The notes below the pieces were generated by a model. The model saw only the letters and a program-made list of their open reading frames with translations. It made no database searches and had not been told where the DNA came from. A DNA stretch of 64,000 nucleotides from Escherichia phage vB_EcoM-P3322. Position numbers and translations under genes: made by a program. Each line of letters begins with the position of its first letter. The stretch's first letter is position 1. Below are positions 1-8,899 of the stretch, one piece after another. Where the stretch lies: the sequence record PV191315.1. One strand, given 5' to 3'.

Positions 1-744
1 ATTAACATGAAAGGAGAGTGTTTATCAAAAGCTGGGGAAGTGTACAACCTGCCACCTCATTGGAAAGGTATTCCAAACTTTATTAGTGAAGTTGTTGGTC
101 ATCCTCTTGATGGTGAAGTGTTTGCTGGGTTAGGTGTCCTTAGTCTACAACAAATTAACAGTGCCTGGAAGAAGCATAATGCAAATACACCTTTGCTGAA
201 CTATTACGTATACGATATTCCAGTTCCAGATCTACCGTTTGAAAAACGTGTTGATGTTCTTACTGCTCTTAAGGCAGTAGTGGAGGATTATGGTCTTGAT
301 GAGCTTATTTGTGTAGTTCATACAGAGTATATTGAAAACCAAGAACAGTTTGATGCTTTCTATGAAAAAGCTTTACTTGAGAAAGCTGAAGGTGTAGTAT
401 ATCGTAATGCTCACGGAGTTTACGAATTTGATAAACGTTCTTATGATGTTATTAAACGTAAGCCTCGTCATACGCTTGAAGTTAAAGTAATAAATTCAAA
501 AAGTGATAAAAATGGCGATGGAGTGTTGACAGGTGAGATGGAAAATGGTAAAGTAGTCGAATTCTTAATGCGTAAAGATGCTCATGAGACTATCAATTAT
601 CGTAAAGCAGAGAATGCTTCGACCTTGATTAATCAGTTCGTTGAAATAGAGTATGAAGAATTTTCAGATGAAGGTATTCCAACAAAACCTGTTGGTGTTC
701 GTATTCGAGAAATGATCCCAGGCACTTGGGAACCAGCAGAATAA
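1..744 (+). CDS. ATP-dependent DNA/RNA ligase, C-terminal part (5' end truncated by window edge)
   Basis: Frame open from nt 1; ligase nucleotidyltransferase motifs DGEV (III), EGVVYR (IV), KRK (V) by recall. Confidence 0.55.
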   Translation: MNMKGECLSKAGEVYNLPPHWKGIPNFISEVVGHPLDGEVFAGLGVLSLQQINSAWKKHNANTPLLNYYVYDIPVPDLPFEKRVDVLTALKAVVEDYGLDELICVVHTEYIENQEQFDAFYEKALLEKAEGVVYRNAHGVYEFDKRSYDVIKRKPRHTLEVKVINSKSDKNGDGVLTGEMENGKVVEFLMRKDAHETINYRKAENASTLINQFVEIEYEEFSDEGIPTKPVGVRIREMIPGTWEPAE

Positions 745-797
745 GGAGGAAAAATGTTCTTAGCTTATCATTGTGCAAAATACCTGGAGGCATTTTT

Positions 798-980
798 ATG
801 ATAATTTTAGCAACAATTCTTATGATGTTGATAGCAATTGCTATTGTAATTCTGGCATCTTTTCCGGCGGATAAATGGTATTTCAATATTCCACGTATGC
901 TTGTTTTCGGTTTCGCAGGAATTTACATGGGTGAGACTGTAGTAAATATTAGCAACTTTCTAGAAAGCTATTTTAAATAA
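798..980 (+). CDS. small hydrophobic membrane protein
   Basis: GGAGG RBS 8 nt upstream of ATG 798; hydrophobic core ILATILMMLIAIAIVILA. Confidence 0.4.
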   Translation: MIILATILMMLIAIAIVILASFPADKWYFNIPRMLVFGFAGIYMGETVVNISNFLESYFK

Positions 981-989
981 GGAGTTATA

Positions 990-1715
990 ATGATCGAGAA
1001 TTTTTTTAAAGATATTAAATTCGATACTGAATTTTTCAAAAATGCAGCAAAGCACGTGATTGATTGGAATGCCAAAGCACGCGGTGGTGAACAACCTGAA
1101 TTCACTCAAGAGCTATTTATGTCCCAAATCGGGTTCGTTCGTGAAGAGCTTAAAGAGTATGAAACAGCCGCGAAAGTAAACGATCATGTAGAACTCTTGG
1201 ATGCAGCAGCGGATATTTTTGTAGTATCCAGTTATCTGACTTACATGTTCTTTGGTGAAGAACATACGATGAATTTCTTGGACTATGCTGTAGGCGATGT
1301 TTTTACTCCAACTGTGTATACTGATTTTGATGCTTTGGAACAAACATTTACAGAGCCAGTTCAAATGGCACTAATGGCTGCTGGTATTATGCGTATGTCT
1401 CGTGACACTCTAATCCGTTCAAAATATCCAGAAAAGAAAGTTATTAAAGAGGTATTGAAAAGTAATGATTCCAAGTATCCAACTAAACAACAGTTGCTGA
1501 AAACTTGGAAAACTTCGGATATCGATTCAGCCATTGCACAAGAATGCGCTGCAATTGAAGAACGAAATGCCAATCGTCCAGAAGGGGCATACACTGGTGT
1601 TCATGCTGTTTATAATGAAAAACAGAAAGTGTATGTGTTCTTTGATGATAAAGGTAAGATCATGAAACCATCGACCTTTGTCAAACCTAATATTGCAGGT
1701 ATTATTAACAAGTAA
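990..1715 (+). CDS. putative MazG-like all-alpha NTP pyrophosphohydrolase
   Basis: RBS AAGGAG; acidic motif REELKEYE...ELLDAAADIFVV resembles MazG/dCTPase EExxE...D signature (recall only). Confidence 0.4.
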   Translation: MIENFFKDIKFDTEFFKNAAKHVIDWNAKARGGEQPEFTQELFMSQIGFVREELKEYETAAKVNDHVELLDAAADIFVVSSYLTYMFFGEEHTMNFLDYAVGDVFTPTVYTDFDALEQTFTEPVQMALMAAGIMRMSRDTLIRSKYPEKKVIKEVLKSNDSKYPTKQQLLKTWKTSDIDSAIAQECAAIEERNANRPEGAYTGVHAVYNEKQKVYVFFDDKGKIMKPSTFVKPNIAGIINK

Positions 1716-1722
1716 TGTTGTA

Positions 1723-1742
1723 AGCCGCCCTTTACGGGCGGT
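1723..1742 (+). terminator. GC stem-loop downstream of 990..1715 (weak T tract)
   Basis: gccgccc-ttta-cgggcgg inverted repeat right after stop. Confidence 0.3.
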
Positions 1743-1771
1743 AATGTGAGATGTATTAAATAGGAGGAAAC

Positions 1772-2650
1772 ATGTTTGTAAAATCTTTTAAATCCGCTCT
1801 GCCTATGGTTGTTGGTGACAATGCTTCTGTAGCATCCCTTAACAGCATTACAGATATTCCTCTGGAATTTGTAACAGCAGAAGGCTCCCAGTCACACACT
1901 ATTGGTCTTGTTCGTTTCGAAGATGACTCTAAATTTGTAAAAGAGTTCTCAGATCTTGAACTGCTTAATGTAGGTCAATCTGTGAAGAAGGTAGATAAAA
2001 AGAAAGTTAAACGTATTCTGAATGAACGTCTAGAAGAAATGCGTCAGGACATGGAGAGCGAAGGTAAAGAGTTTTATGTCGATAAAGAAGTAGTCAAAGC
2101 AATGAAGGAAGATATTGAATTTGCACTATTGCCTGAAACAGAACCTGAAGATTTCTTTAACTATGTTGTCTTGGATAAAACTACGAATCTTCTTTATGTT
2201 CTTAATGGAAGTAAAAAGGTCGCAGAAGAGATTACTTCTTTCCTCCGTTCAGTTCTGGGGACTTTCCCTTCGGTAGGTTTTAGTGTGCATGAAGAAGCTA
2301 TTGTAAAAGGTTTTGGTGAATTGCTGGAGAATCACGAAGCAGATCGTATTACTCTCGGAAATTATATCAAAATGGAGGATAGCGAGGGCGTTGTTGTTTG
2401 GAGTAAAGAATCCCTATACGAGTCTAAAGCTGTCGAACTAAAAGAAGATGGTAAAGATGTTGTTGCAATCGGTCTTGAATATGACGGTGTTGTAGATTTT
2501 GTAGTGGATAAAGAGTTTAAACTTTCTAAACTACGTTTTCCGAAATATTTTGCAGACGAAGAAGGTAGTATTGAAGCTTCAGTCCTTCTGTGCTTCAATG
2601 AGATTCGAGGTCTGATGGAAGATTTAACCAAAGCAACAATCCTTAAATAA
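1772..2650 (+). CDS. rdgC: RdgC-like recombination-associated protein
   Basis: Strong RBS AGGAGG; ~290 aa; several blocks align by eye with E. coli RdgC (LLPE..D.T..L..V, KLS.LRF). Confidence 0.5.
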   Translation: MFVKSFKSALPMVVGDNASVASLNSITDIPLEFVTAEGSQSHTIGLVRFEDDSKFVKEFSDLELLNVGQSVKKVDKKKVKRILNERLEEMRQDMESEGKEFYVDKEVVKAMKEDIEFALLPETEPEDFFNYVVLDKTTNLLYVLNGSKKVAEEITSFLRSVLGTFPSVGFSVHEEAIVKGFGELLENHEADRITLGNYIKMEDSEGVVVWSKESLYESKAVELKEDGKDVVAIGLEYDGVVDFVVDKEFKLSKLRFPKYFADEEGSIEASVLLCFNEIRGLMEDLTKATILK

Positions 2651-2654
2651 GTTC

Positions 2655-2683
2655 TTGACTTGCGGGATTAGTTATGATATCAT
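2655..2683 (+). promoter_or_regulatory. sigma70-like promoter
   Basis: TTGACT-17nt-TATCAT upstream of 2723 gene. Confidence 0.45.
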
Positions 2684-2712
2684 GCCTACCTACTTAATGA
2701 GGTAGGCTTTTT
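2684..2712 (+). terminator. leader hairpin with T-run (terminator for rdgC-like gene or leader structure)
   Basis: gcctacc-tacttaatga-ggtaggc followed by ttttt. Confidence 0.45.
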
Positions 2713-2722
2713 AGGAGGCGTT

Positions 2723-2932
2723 ATGAAAAAGATTCTGACAGTCGTTCTTTTAGCTTTTAGTTTCACAGTAGCAGCAGGTCAAATTACTTTAATCTTGTCT
2801 GATTCTGAAGTTAATGGCAACACAAAATATTGCTACTATTCTAACGCTAACCAAGATGAAGTTATAGCAATCCCGAAAAGTCGTCAATGTCCGTATACTA
2901 AAACATTCTCAACAGAGGATGACGATGAATAA
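2723..2932 (+). CDS. small secreted protein (signal peptide)
   Basis: RBS AGGAGG; N-terminus MKKILTVVLLAFSFTVAAG is signal-peptide-like. Confidence 0.6.
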   Translation: MKKILTVVLLAFSFTVAAGQITLILSDSEVNGNTKYCYYSNANQDEVIAIPKSRQCPYTKTFSTEDDDE

Positions 2933-3373
2933 TTAGGGGGAAATATTAGCGGTTATATTTTAATTAAACCTGAAGATCTTCATTTATATGTCAACGAAGA
3001 AACAATAGCTGCAATTGATTATGATCAGATCGCTTTCCAAGCAGCGTCTGCATTAGAGAAAAGAACAATCATTGCGAAGCACATACCTTCAGGTGCTCAA
3101 AAGGAATTCAAAAATAAGACAGAGTTTTGGGGTAAAAGCAAGACTAAAATTGGAGGTTGGCTAGGAGATACAAATGCAGAAAGAGCCTCCAAAAACAAAC
3201 GTCCCTTCACAAAGGAAGAGTTCGAAATCATTGATAAGCAATACCCGCCAGAAGATATCGGACACACCTTCCAAGCAGCTAAAACAAAAGTCTTAGGTAT
3301 TCTAAAACATCTACGTTTAGAAAAATATTGCGGAGTTATTGGCGTAGGAAAAACTTTCAGACACGCCTTCAAA

Positions 3374-4063
3374 ATGCCTGTAGAATATAAATCTGAACGA
3401 TTAGATATCAAACCACTTCAGCTTTCAGAAACCAAAGATTATCTTGTGGAGTTCCACAATGGTGATGTTGTTACTGTAATAGAGGCTGATGATGAGTTAG
3501 AGAAGTATGGTTTCCAAGGTTATAAAGATTATAAAAGGACGGGTAAATTTTCTTATATTGTAGTGTCTATAGATAAAGATAGTTTACATACTCCTAGTAT
3601 CCTTTTTAATTTCTACAAAGAGGATGGAGTATTTAAAAATCCAGATATAATTCTTATTGACGAGTCTATTGGCGACATATGGATCGTAGATAAAGGTAAA
3701 AAGAAAGAAGTTAAAGGTTGGGGAAGTTATTGGTTAGCCTATCAGATGCTAATGGGAGATAAAACAGATAGTATCCGACCTTATCAAGATTTTGATATTA
3801 AGTTTGGAGATATTACTTGTTTTAATCTTCTTTCAGCTTGTAAAACTCAAGCAGAGCTTTTCCAAACAGTTAAAGATACTTACTACTCGTGGTTCCCAGA
3901 TGGTGTTAATTTTACTTCTTGGGATGGAGAAGAAGTCCATATGACAACAGATGAATGGATAGAAACAATTTTCCAGTTGGTATACATGAAACGCTGGGAT
4001 AACGACGATACAACATTTGAGAGTATGCTTCAGTCATACATCTCACAACAGGAGGCAGAGTGA
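3374..4063 (+). CDS. hypothetical protein (possible nuclease); reading frame is open upstream to 2933 without ATG/GTG/TTG
   Basis: Track ORF from first ATG; same frame is stop-free for 147 codons upstream (see findings). Confidence 0.55.
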   Translation: MPVEYKSERLDIKPLQLSETKDYLVEFHNGDVVTVIEADDELEKYGFQGYKDYKRTGKFSYIVVSIDKDSLHTPSILFNFYKEDGVFKNPDIILIDESIGDIWIVDKGKKKEVKGWGSYWLAYQMLMGDKTDSIRPYQDFDIKFGDITCFNLLSACKTQAELFQTVKDTYYSWFPDGVNFTSWDGEEVHMTTDEWIETIFQLVYMKRWDNDDTTFESMLQSYISQQEAE

Positions 4064-5019
4064 GCAGATTAACAGAAGAGCAGAAAGCAGATATCCTTAG
4101 TATGAGTGCAGAGGGTATGTCTTCTCGCAATATTGCAGCAATTGTTTTAGGTAGTCCAACAAGAAAAAGCACAGTAAATGATTTCCTTGCACGTTTCGGT
4201 GCAAGTAAACAAGAGCCAGTTAAAAAGAAACAACCAGTTATTAAAATTATTGATGTTGAAACTGCACCAGAGATTGCATATACTTTCCGTCGATTCAAAG
4301 CCTTCATTTCTCCAGACCAGGTAATTCGTAGGGGTTATTTGTTATCTTACTCTTCTGCTGATTTGTATACAGGTGAAGTGGAAGGTAAGAACTTGTCTTC
4401 TTATCCTCTTTTTGATATTGATCATACAGATGATTGGGAGCTTTGCCAAGATCTTTGGAACCTTCTGAACGAGGCAGATGTAGTTGTGGCACACAACGGG
4501 TATAAGTTTGACCGTGCATACATTAACCAACGATTTGCATATCACGATATGGCTCCTCCTTCTAATTATGTAGTTGTTGATACATTGAAGGCAGCTAAGA
4601 AACAATTTGCACTTCCTTCCAACTCCCTTAAAGAAATGGGAGCATATTTCGAAACAGAAAGTGAAAAACTGGATAACGAGGGGTTCCCTTTATGGAAAGC
4701 ATGTTGTGAAGGTGATCGTGATGCTTTTGAACGTATGCAGATTTACAATGATGGTGATGTTGTTTCACTCCGTGATTTGTATATGAAAATCCTTCCGTGG
4801 ATTCCGCAGCATCCTAACTTATCCGCTTATTACCCAGATGAGAAGGTCCGTTGTTCTCGTTGTGGAAGTGATCATGTTCACGTTGTTACTGGTAAGCAAT
4901 ACCACACTGCGGTAAGTTCTTTCGATATCATTCGTTGTGAATCTTGTGGAGGTTTGTCACGTAGTAGAGCAAACACCAGATCCAAGGATAAACGAGCAGC
5001 AACTATCATTGGAATCTAA
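4060..5019 (+). CDS. DEDD-type 3'-5' exonuclease with N-terminal HTH-like region and C-terminal Zn-ribbon
   Basis: GTG start overlapping upstream stop; motifs IDVET, HNGYKFD, YNDGD; CSRCGS...CESCGG. Confidence 0.6.
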   Translation: MSRLTEEQKADILSMSAEGMSSRNIAAIVLGSPTRKSTVNDFLARFGASKQEPVKKKQPVIKIIDVETAPEIAYTFRRFKAFISPDQVIRRGYLLSYSSADLYTGEVEGKNLSSYPLFDIDHTDDWELCQDLWNLLNEADVVVAHNGYKFDRAYINQRFAYHDMAPPSNYVVVDTLKAAKKQFALPSNSLKEMGAYFETESEKLDNEGFPLWKACCEGDRDAFERMQIYNDGDVVSLRDLYMKILPWIPQHPNLSAYYPDEKVRCSRCGSDHVHVVTGKQYHTAVSSFDIIRCESCGGLSRSRANTRSKDKRAATIIGI

Positions 5020-5025
5020 TAATCA

Positions 5026-5049
5026 GGGAGCTTATTGCTCCCTTTTTTA
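5026..5049 (+). terminator. rho-independent terminator
   Basis: gggagc-ttatt-gctccc then TTTTTT. Confidence 0.7.
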
Positions 5050-5078
5050 TTGACAAAAATTTTATATTAGTGTATACT
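5050..5078 (+). promoter_or_regulatory. strong sigma70-like promoter
   Basis: TTGACA-17nt-TATACT. Confidence 0.7.
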
Positions 5079-5105
5079 CTGCTAACCACAATAAAAGGAG
5101 GAAAT

Positions 5106-5333
5106 ATGAGCATTACATTAACAGGTAACGAAATTTTCGAACTGTTTGAAATGTTAGGTTTGAACTATACCATCGAGAAAGACCCAGATTTACTTGATGT
5201 TGAAATAACAATTCAAGAAGATACAGCAATCTACAATGATGATGGTGATGTTATCTATCAAGGTAGGGTAGCTTATTATACAGACTACCCAGAAGAAGGC
5301 GCAGTAGGAATTCAGGAGGAAAATTATGTCTAA
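5106..5333 (+). CDS. hypothetical protein
   Basis: RBS AAGGAGG 6 nt before ATG 5106; acidic 75 aa. Confidence 0.6.
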   Translation: MSITLTGNEIFELFEMLGLNYTIEKDPDLLDVEITIQEDTAIYNDDGDVIYQGRVAYYTDYPEEGAVGIQEENYV

Positions 5334-5721
5334 TGCTTTTGATAATCAGGTTGACGGTGATCACTACACAAAAATGGCAATGCAACCTATTGAACTAGCT
5401 TATTTGGTTGGTGGCACACCTTGTTTTTGCAAATTGGCAAAATACGCAACACGTATTAAAGGTGAACGTCAGATTAACCTAGATAAAGCTATTCATTGTA
5501 TTGAACTAGAAAGAACCCTTATGCAAAATAACACGTATATGGTTCGTGAAAATTATCCATCTATGACAAATGCAGCTAAACATGATCAAACTATGCTTCT
5601 GATTGATTTCTTCACAAAAGATCCTTTAGTACGAGTAGCACTGAAACATATGTATAACTCTTCTTATGTAGATGCAATCGAAGCTATTAAACAACTTAAG
5701 GAACGTATTAGTGGCGAGTAA
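5326..5721 (+). CDS. hypothetical protein
   Basis: RBS AGGAGG; start overlaps upstream stop. Confidence 0.6.
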   Translation: MSNAFDNQVDGDHYTKMAMQPIELAYLVGGTPCFCKLAKYATRIKGERQINLDKAIHCIELERTLMQNNTYMVRENYPSMTNAAKHDQTMLLIDFFTKDPLVRVALKHMYNSSYVDAIEAIKQLKERISGE

Positions 5722-5817
5722 TACTAAACAATATGGAGCAGGAGAAGTTTATAAAATATTCAACCGAAAAGGTGATAAACTTTTACTAACTTTGACTATT
5801 CCAGAAACAATGTGCAA

Positions 5818-5846
5818 GGCGGGGTTAGACCGCCTTTTGTTTTTTA
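5818..5846 (+). terminator. rho-independent terminator
   Basis: ggcgg-ggttaga-ccgcc followed by ttttgtttttt. Confidence 0.65.
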
Positions 5847-5915
5847 AACACAATATCCCACCAGGGGAATATACAGCTAAAAAGGTGAGCAATATTGGCA
5901 GGTGAACCAAAAATA

Positions 5916-6470
5916 ATGTGGGGTGAAGGAACACCCTGGAAAACACAAGCTGAATTTTATACTTATCTTAGGGGATGTTTTAGAAAAGCATGGATGAGAC
6001 ACCCTAATAAAATTAAGGTTATCAATGCAAGGCGTTTTAAAGTTGATCGTGTAGATAAAGACGGCAATGTAATGATAGACAAGAAAACTGGAAAACCAAA
6101 ACAAGTTTGGAATTGTGAGTGCGAAATATGTGGACACAGAGGAGGAATGAAAGACTTCCAAGTGGATCATATTCACGCAGCAAAACAACTTCAATGTTTT
6201 GAGGATATTCCCCTTTTTGTTTTCCGTTTGATCTATGTGAAAGAAGAAGATTTGCGAATGGTTTGTAAATTGTGCAACTCTATTCTTGCTTATGCAGACA
6301 AGCAAGGCATATCTTTTGAAGAAGCAAAAGCTGAAAAAGAAGCGATAGCTTTGTGTAGAGCTAAGAAAGATAAAGCGTGGCTGAAGAAGCGTAAAATAGA
6401 ACCTGAAAGCACAGTAGCAAAACGCCGTAAACAAATAGTCAAAATCCTATTGCAGGAAATTGAAAGTTAG
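5916..6470 (+). CDS. HNH-family endonuclease
   Basis: C-x2-C...DHIH...C-x2-CN zinc/HNH pattern; ATG 5916 after AGGTGA (TTG 5895 alternative). Confidence 0.55.
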   Translation: MWGEGTPWKTQAEFYTYLRGCFRKAWMRHPNKIKVINARRFKVDRVDKDGNVMIDKKTGKPKQVWNCECEICGHRGGMKDFQVDHIHAAKQLQCFEDIPLFVFRLIYVKEEDLRMVCKLCNSILAYADKQGISFEEAKAEKEAIALCRAKKDKAWLKKRKIEPESTVAKRRKQIVKILLQEIES

Positions 6471-6506
6471 TATAAGATAACTATACTAAAAGAGAGAGGA
6501 GGTTTT

Positions 6507-7115
6507 ATGCAGATAGTATGTGATTGGGATTTAGTTGTGGCTCCATTAGATGTTGCTTGGTTAGAATGGTTGAATAAGATTAGTGGACTTGGTGTTAAGA
6601 TAGACACATTCACAAAAAATGCAGACTATGATCTTACCAACTACTTTCCTGGTTTCAGGGAGGAGTTCAATATAGATCCTTACGGATTTCTGGATAATCC
6701 TCATCTCTATGATACAATGGGTTTTGTTCCAGGTATGCCAGATTTCTTAAAGTATGTTTCAAGGAAAGGTAGCAATCTTTTGATCGCAAGTGTGACAAAA
6801 GGTGGTCACTTAAGTTCTAAACATAAACATGTTTTAAGAACGTTAGATACGATTGATTTTAGCAAAGGATCTGGTAACGGCTTTTTTGCTACGAAAGAAA
6901 AATACTTATTGCCTTGTGACATAGCAATAGATGACAGGGCTGATAACCTACTATATTTTCCAGATGAAGTGGTTAAAATATATTTTAATACGCCTTATAA
7001 AGATAACCATCTAGAAGAACTAAAGAAAAAACCAAATGTTGTGATCACAGGTTTAGAAGATCAGTGGCTAACATGTTTGGATGTTTTTAACACTTTGAAC
7101 AATTTTAAAAACTAA
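6507..7115 (+). CDS. putative HAD-type 5'(3')-deoxyribonucleotidase
   Basis: RBS GAGGAGG; N-terminal DWD and later IDDRADN motifs resemble NT5C/HAD (recall only). Confidence 0.4.
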   Translation: MQIVCDWDLVVAPLDVAWLEWLNKISGLGVKIDTFTKNADYDLTNYFPGFREEFNIDPYGFLDNPHLYDTMGFVPGMPDFLKYVSRKGSNLLIASVTKGGHLSSKHKHVLRTLDTIDFSKGSGNGFFATKEKYLLPCDIAIDDRADNLLYFPDEVVKIYFNTPYKDNHLEELKKKPNVVITGLEDQWLTCLDVFNTLNNFKN

Positions 7116-7124
7116 GGAGAAAAA

Positions 7125-8123
7125 ATGACAAAACAGATTTCGGCTAGTATTATTGCGCATTCCATCACTGAAGACGGAAAAGAGATTGTAACTTTTGAAC
7201 TAGAATATCCACGTATTATTCATTCAGAATTGATGACTCACCGCCTGTTCAGTCGTAATGCTGCTTCTAGCCGTGCTATACCTGTTAAAACACTGATTGA
7301 AATGGTGCGAAATCAACCTGCTCGTCCTTATCGTTTTGGGGCTAACCAACCTGGTATGCAGGATAAAGGTGTTGATCATGACGCTCTTATTGATGCAGGT
7401 TATACTGCTCAAGAGTGGTGGAATCTTGCCGCGCTTAGTGCAGCACGTTTTGCAGAAGAATTCTCTTTGGCAGGGTACCACAAACAAGTTGCAAACCGTC
7501 TTCTGGAACCTTTCCAACGAATTAAAACAGTTCTGACAGCAACAGAATATGAAAATTTCTGGTGGCTACGTGATGACAAAGAAGCCGATCCTACTATCGA
7601 AGCTTTGGCTAAAGAGATGCACAAAGAGTATGAAGAATCTACACCAGAAGTGCTGAAACCAGGGCAATGGCACACACCTTATGTAGACCATTTCTATGAT
7701 ACTATTGGCACAGAAGGTGACGATCATTTTGTTTTTGGTGGATACTACGTTCAAGATGAATCTGGAGAAGTCGTTGTGCTTACTTTGGAAGAAGCCAAAG
7801 CTATTTCAGCTTCGTGTTGTGCACAGGTTAGCTATCGTCGTTTAAATGCAACTAAAGATAAAGCTTTAGATATCTATGGTCGCTTGCTGACTGGGCGCAA
7901 GGTTCATGCTTCTCCGTTTGAACATCAAGCCACTCCAATGCAAGAAACATACGAACAATATGGAGAGAACTGTTTTGAAGATTTGTTTATCAATGCTCCT
8001 TGGGATTTTAACTCTTGGGAACCAGGTATTACCCATGTAGATCGTAATGGTAAGTTTTGGTCTGGCAATTTCAAAGGCTGGATTCAACATCGTCAACTTT
8101 TAACAAATCATACTAAATGGTGA
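7125..8123 (+). CDS. thyX: ThyX-like flavin-dependent thymidylate synthase (unusually long, 332 aa)
   Basis: RBS AAGGAG; HRLFSRNAASSR resembles ThyX RHR-x7-S motif. Confidence 0.55.
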   Translation: MTKQISASIIAHSITEDGKEIVTFELEYPRIIHSELMTHRLFSRNAASSRAIPVKTLIEMVRNQPARPYRFGANQPGMQDKGVDHDALIDAGYTAQEWWNLAALSAARFAEEFSLAGYHKQVANRLLEPFQRIKTVLTATEYENFWWLRDDKEADPTIEALAKEMHKEYEESTPEVLKPGQWHTPYVDHFYDTIGTEGDDHFVFGGYYVQDESGEVVVLTLEEAKAISASCCAQVSYRRLNATKDKALDIYGRLLTGRKVHASPFEHQATPMQETYEQYGENCFEDLFINAPWDFNSWEPGITHVDRNGKFWSGNFKGWIQHRQLLTNHTKW

Positions 8124-8139
8124 TCTGTTTAAATAGTTA

Positions 8140-8167
8140 TTGACTTTAGTATTAGTTTTAGTATAAT
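8140..8167 (+). promoter_or_regulatory. sigma70-like promoter
   Basis: TTGACT-16nt-TATAAT; leader hairpin gggagga/cctccc follows. Confidence 0.55.
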
Positions 8168-8221
8168 ATAGCACAATACTGGGAGGAGGTGAGTCCTCCC
8201 ATTCAAAATGAAGGAGAAAAT

Positions 8222-8632
8222 ATGTCATTAGTAAATACTACAACTTGGGCTACCGTAAGCATGTCTACTGTAATGTCTACCCCTATCTGGAAACTAGAAT
8301 CAAATAAACACAATGGCAATATCCCACACGAGAAACAAAATGCTGTTATTAGAGCGTCGCTTGTAATGCTGGGTATGGCTGAAGATTCACACTATTCTGT
8401 TGAGCGTAATGTGAATATCCGAAGCAATAACGATAAGCGAGTAGTGTTTGCAAATACAACGCTTTTCACTTTCCCTGTTTCACCTAATTGTGGTTTTAAA
8501 CGAATCTATCAAGAAAATGATATTTTTCATTTTGGTGATGAAGAATTTACAGGTTGGGGTGCGTCACATATTAAGATGGATGATTTCGGTAACTCTTATG
8601 ATCCTGCGAAAGCAGATGATACTAATCAATGA
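8222..8632 (+). CDS. hypothetical protein
   Basis: ATG 8222 after AAGGAG; track start 8189 lies inside the leader hairpin. Confidence 0.6.
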   Translation: MSLVNTTTWATVSMSTVMSTPIWKLESNKHNGNIPHEKQNAVIRASLVMLGMAEDSHYSVERNVNIRSNNDKRVVFANTTLFTFPVSPNCGFKRIYQENDIFHFGDEEFTGWGASHIKMDDFGNSYDPAKADDTNQ

Positions 8633-8640
8633 GAGGGACA

Positions 8641-8883
8641 ATGACTGATAATAAATATGAAGGCTGTGAAATCGAAGTCTATTTTGATGAAACTGTTGGT
8701 TGTAATGTAACTGTAATTCTAGACACTTCAAAACGTTTATCTCCTAAAAGACAAGAAGCAGACCGTCGAGCAAAAGCAAAAGGGTTTGATGACATAACTC
8801 ATTTTGAAGGTTTTCTATATGCTAATGGACTTTTTAATGAAATGAAGTTCGGTTATGATGTAGATGTTTTGAATATGCATTAA
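8641..8883 (+). CDS. hypothetical protein
   Basis: ATG 8641 after GAGAGGGA; 80 aa. Confidence 0.5.
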   Translation: MTDNKYEGCEIEVYFDETVGCNVTVILDTSKRLSPKRQEADRRAKAKGFDDITHFEGFLYANGLFNEMKFGYDVDVLNMH

Positions 8884-8899
8884 TAATAGGGAGGAGAAG

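Noticed and set aside
5672-5905. Track ORF 5672..5905 (+)
   Set aside because: It spans a hairpin+T-run terminator (5818-5846), has no RBS, and the downstream HNH gene has its own start; likely non-coding.
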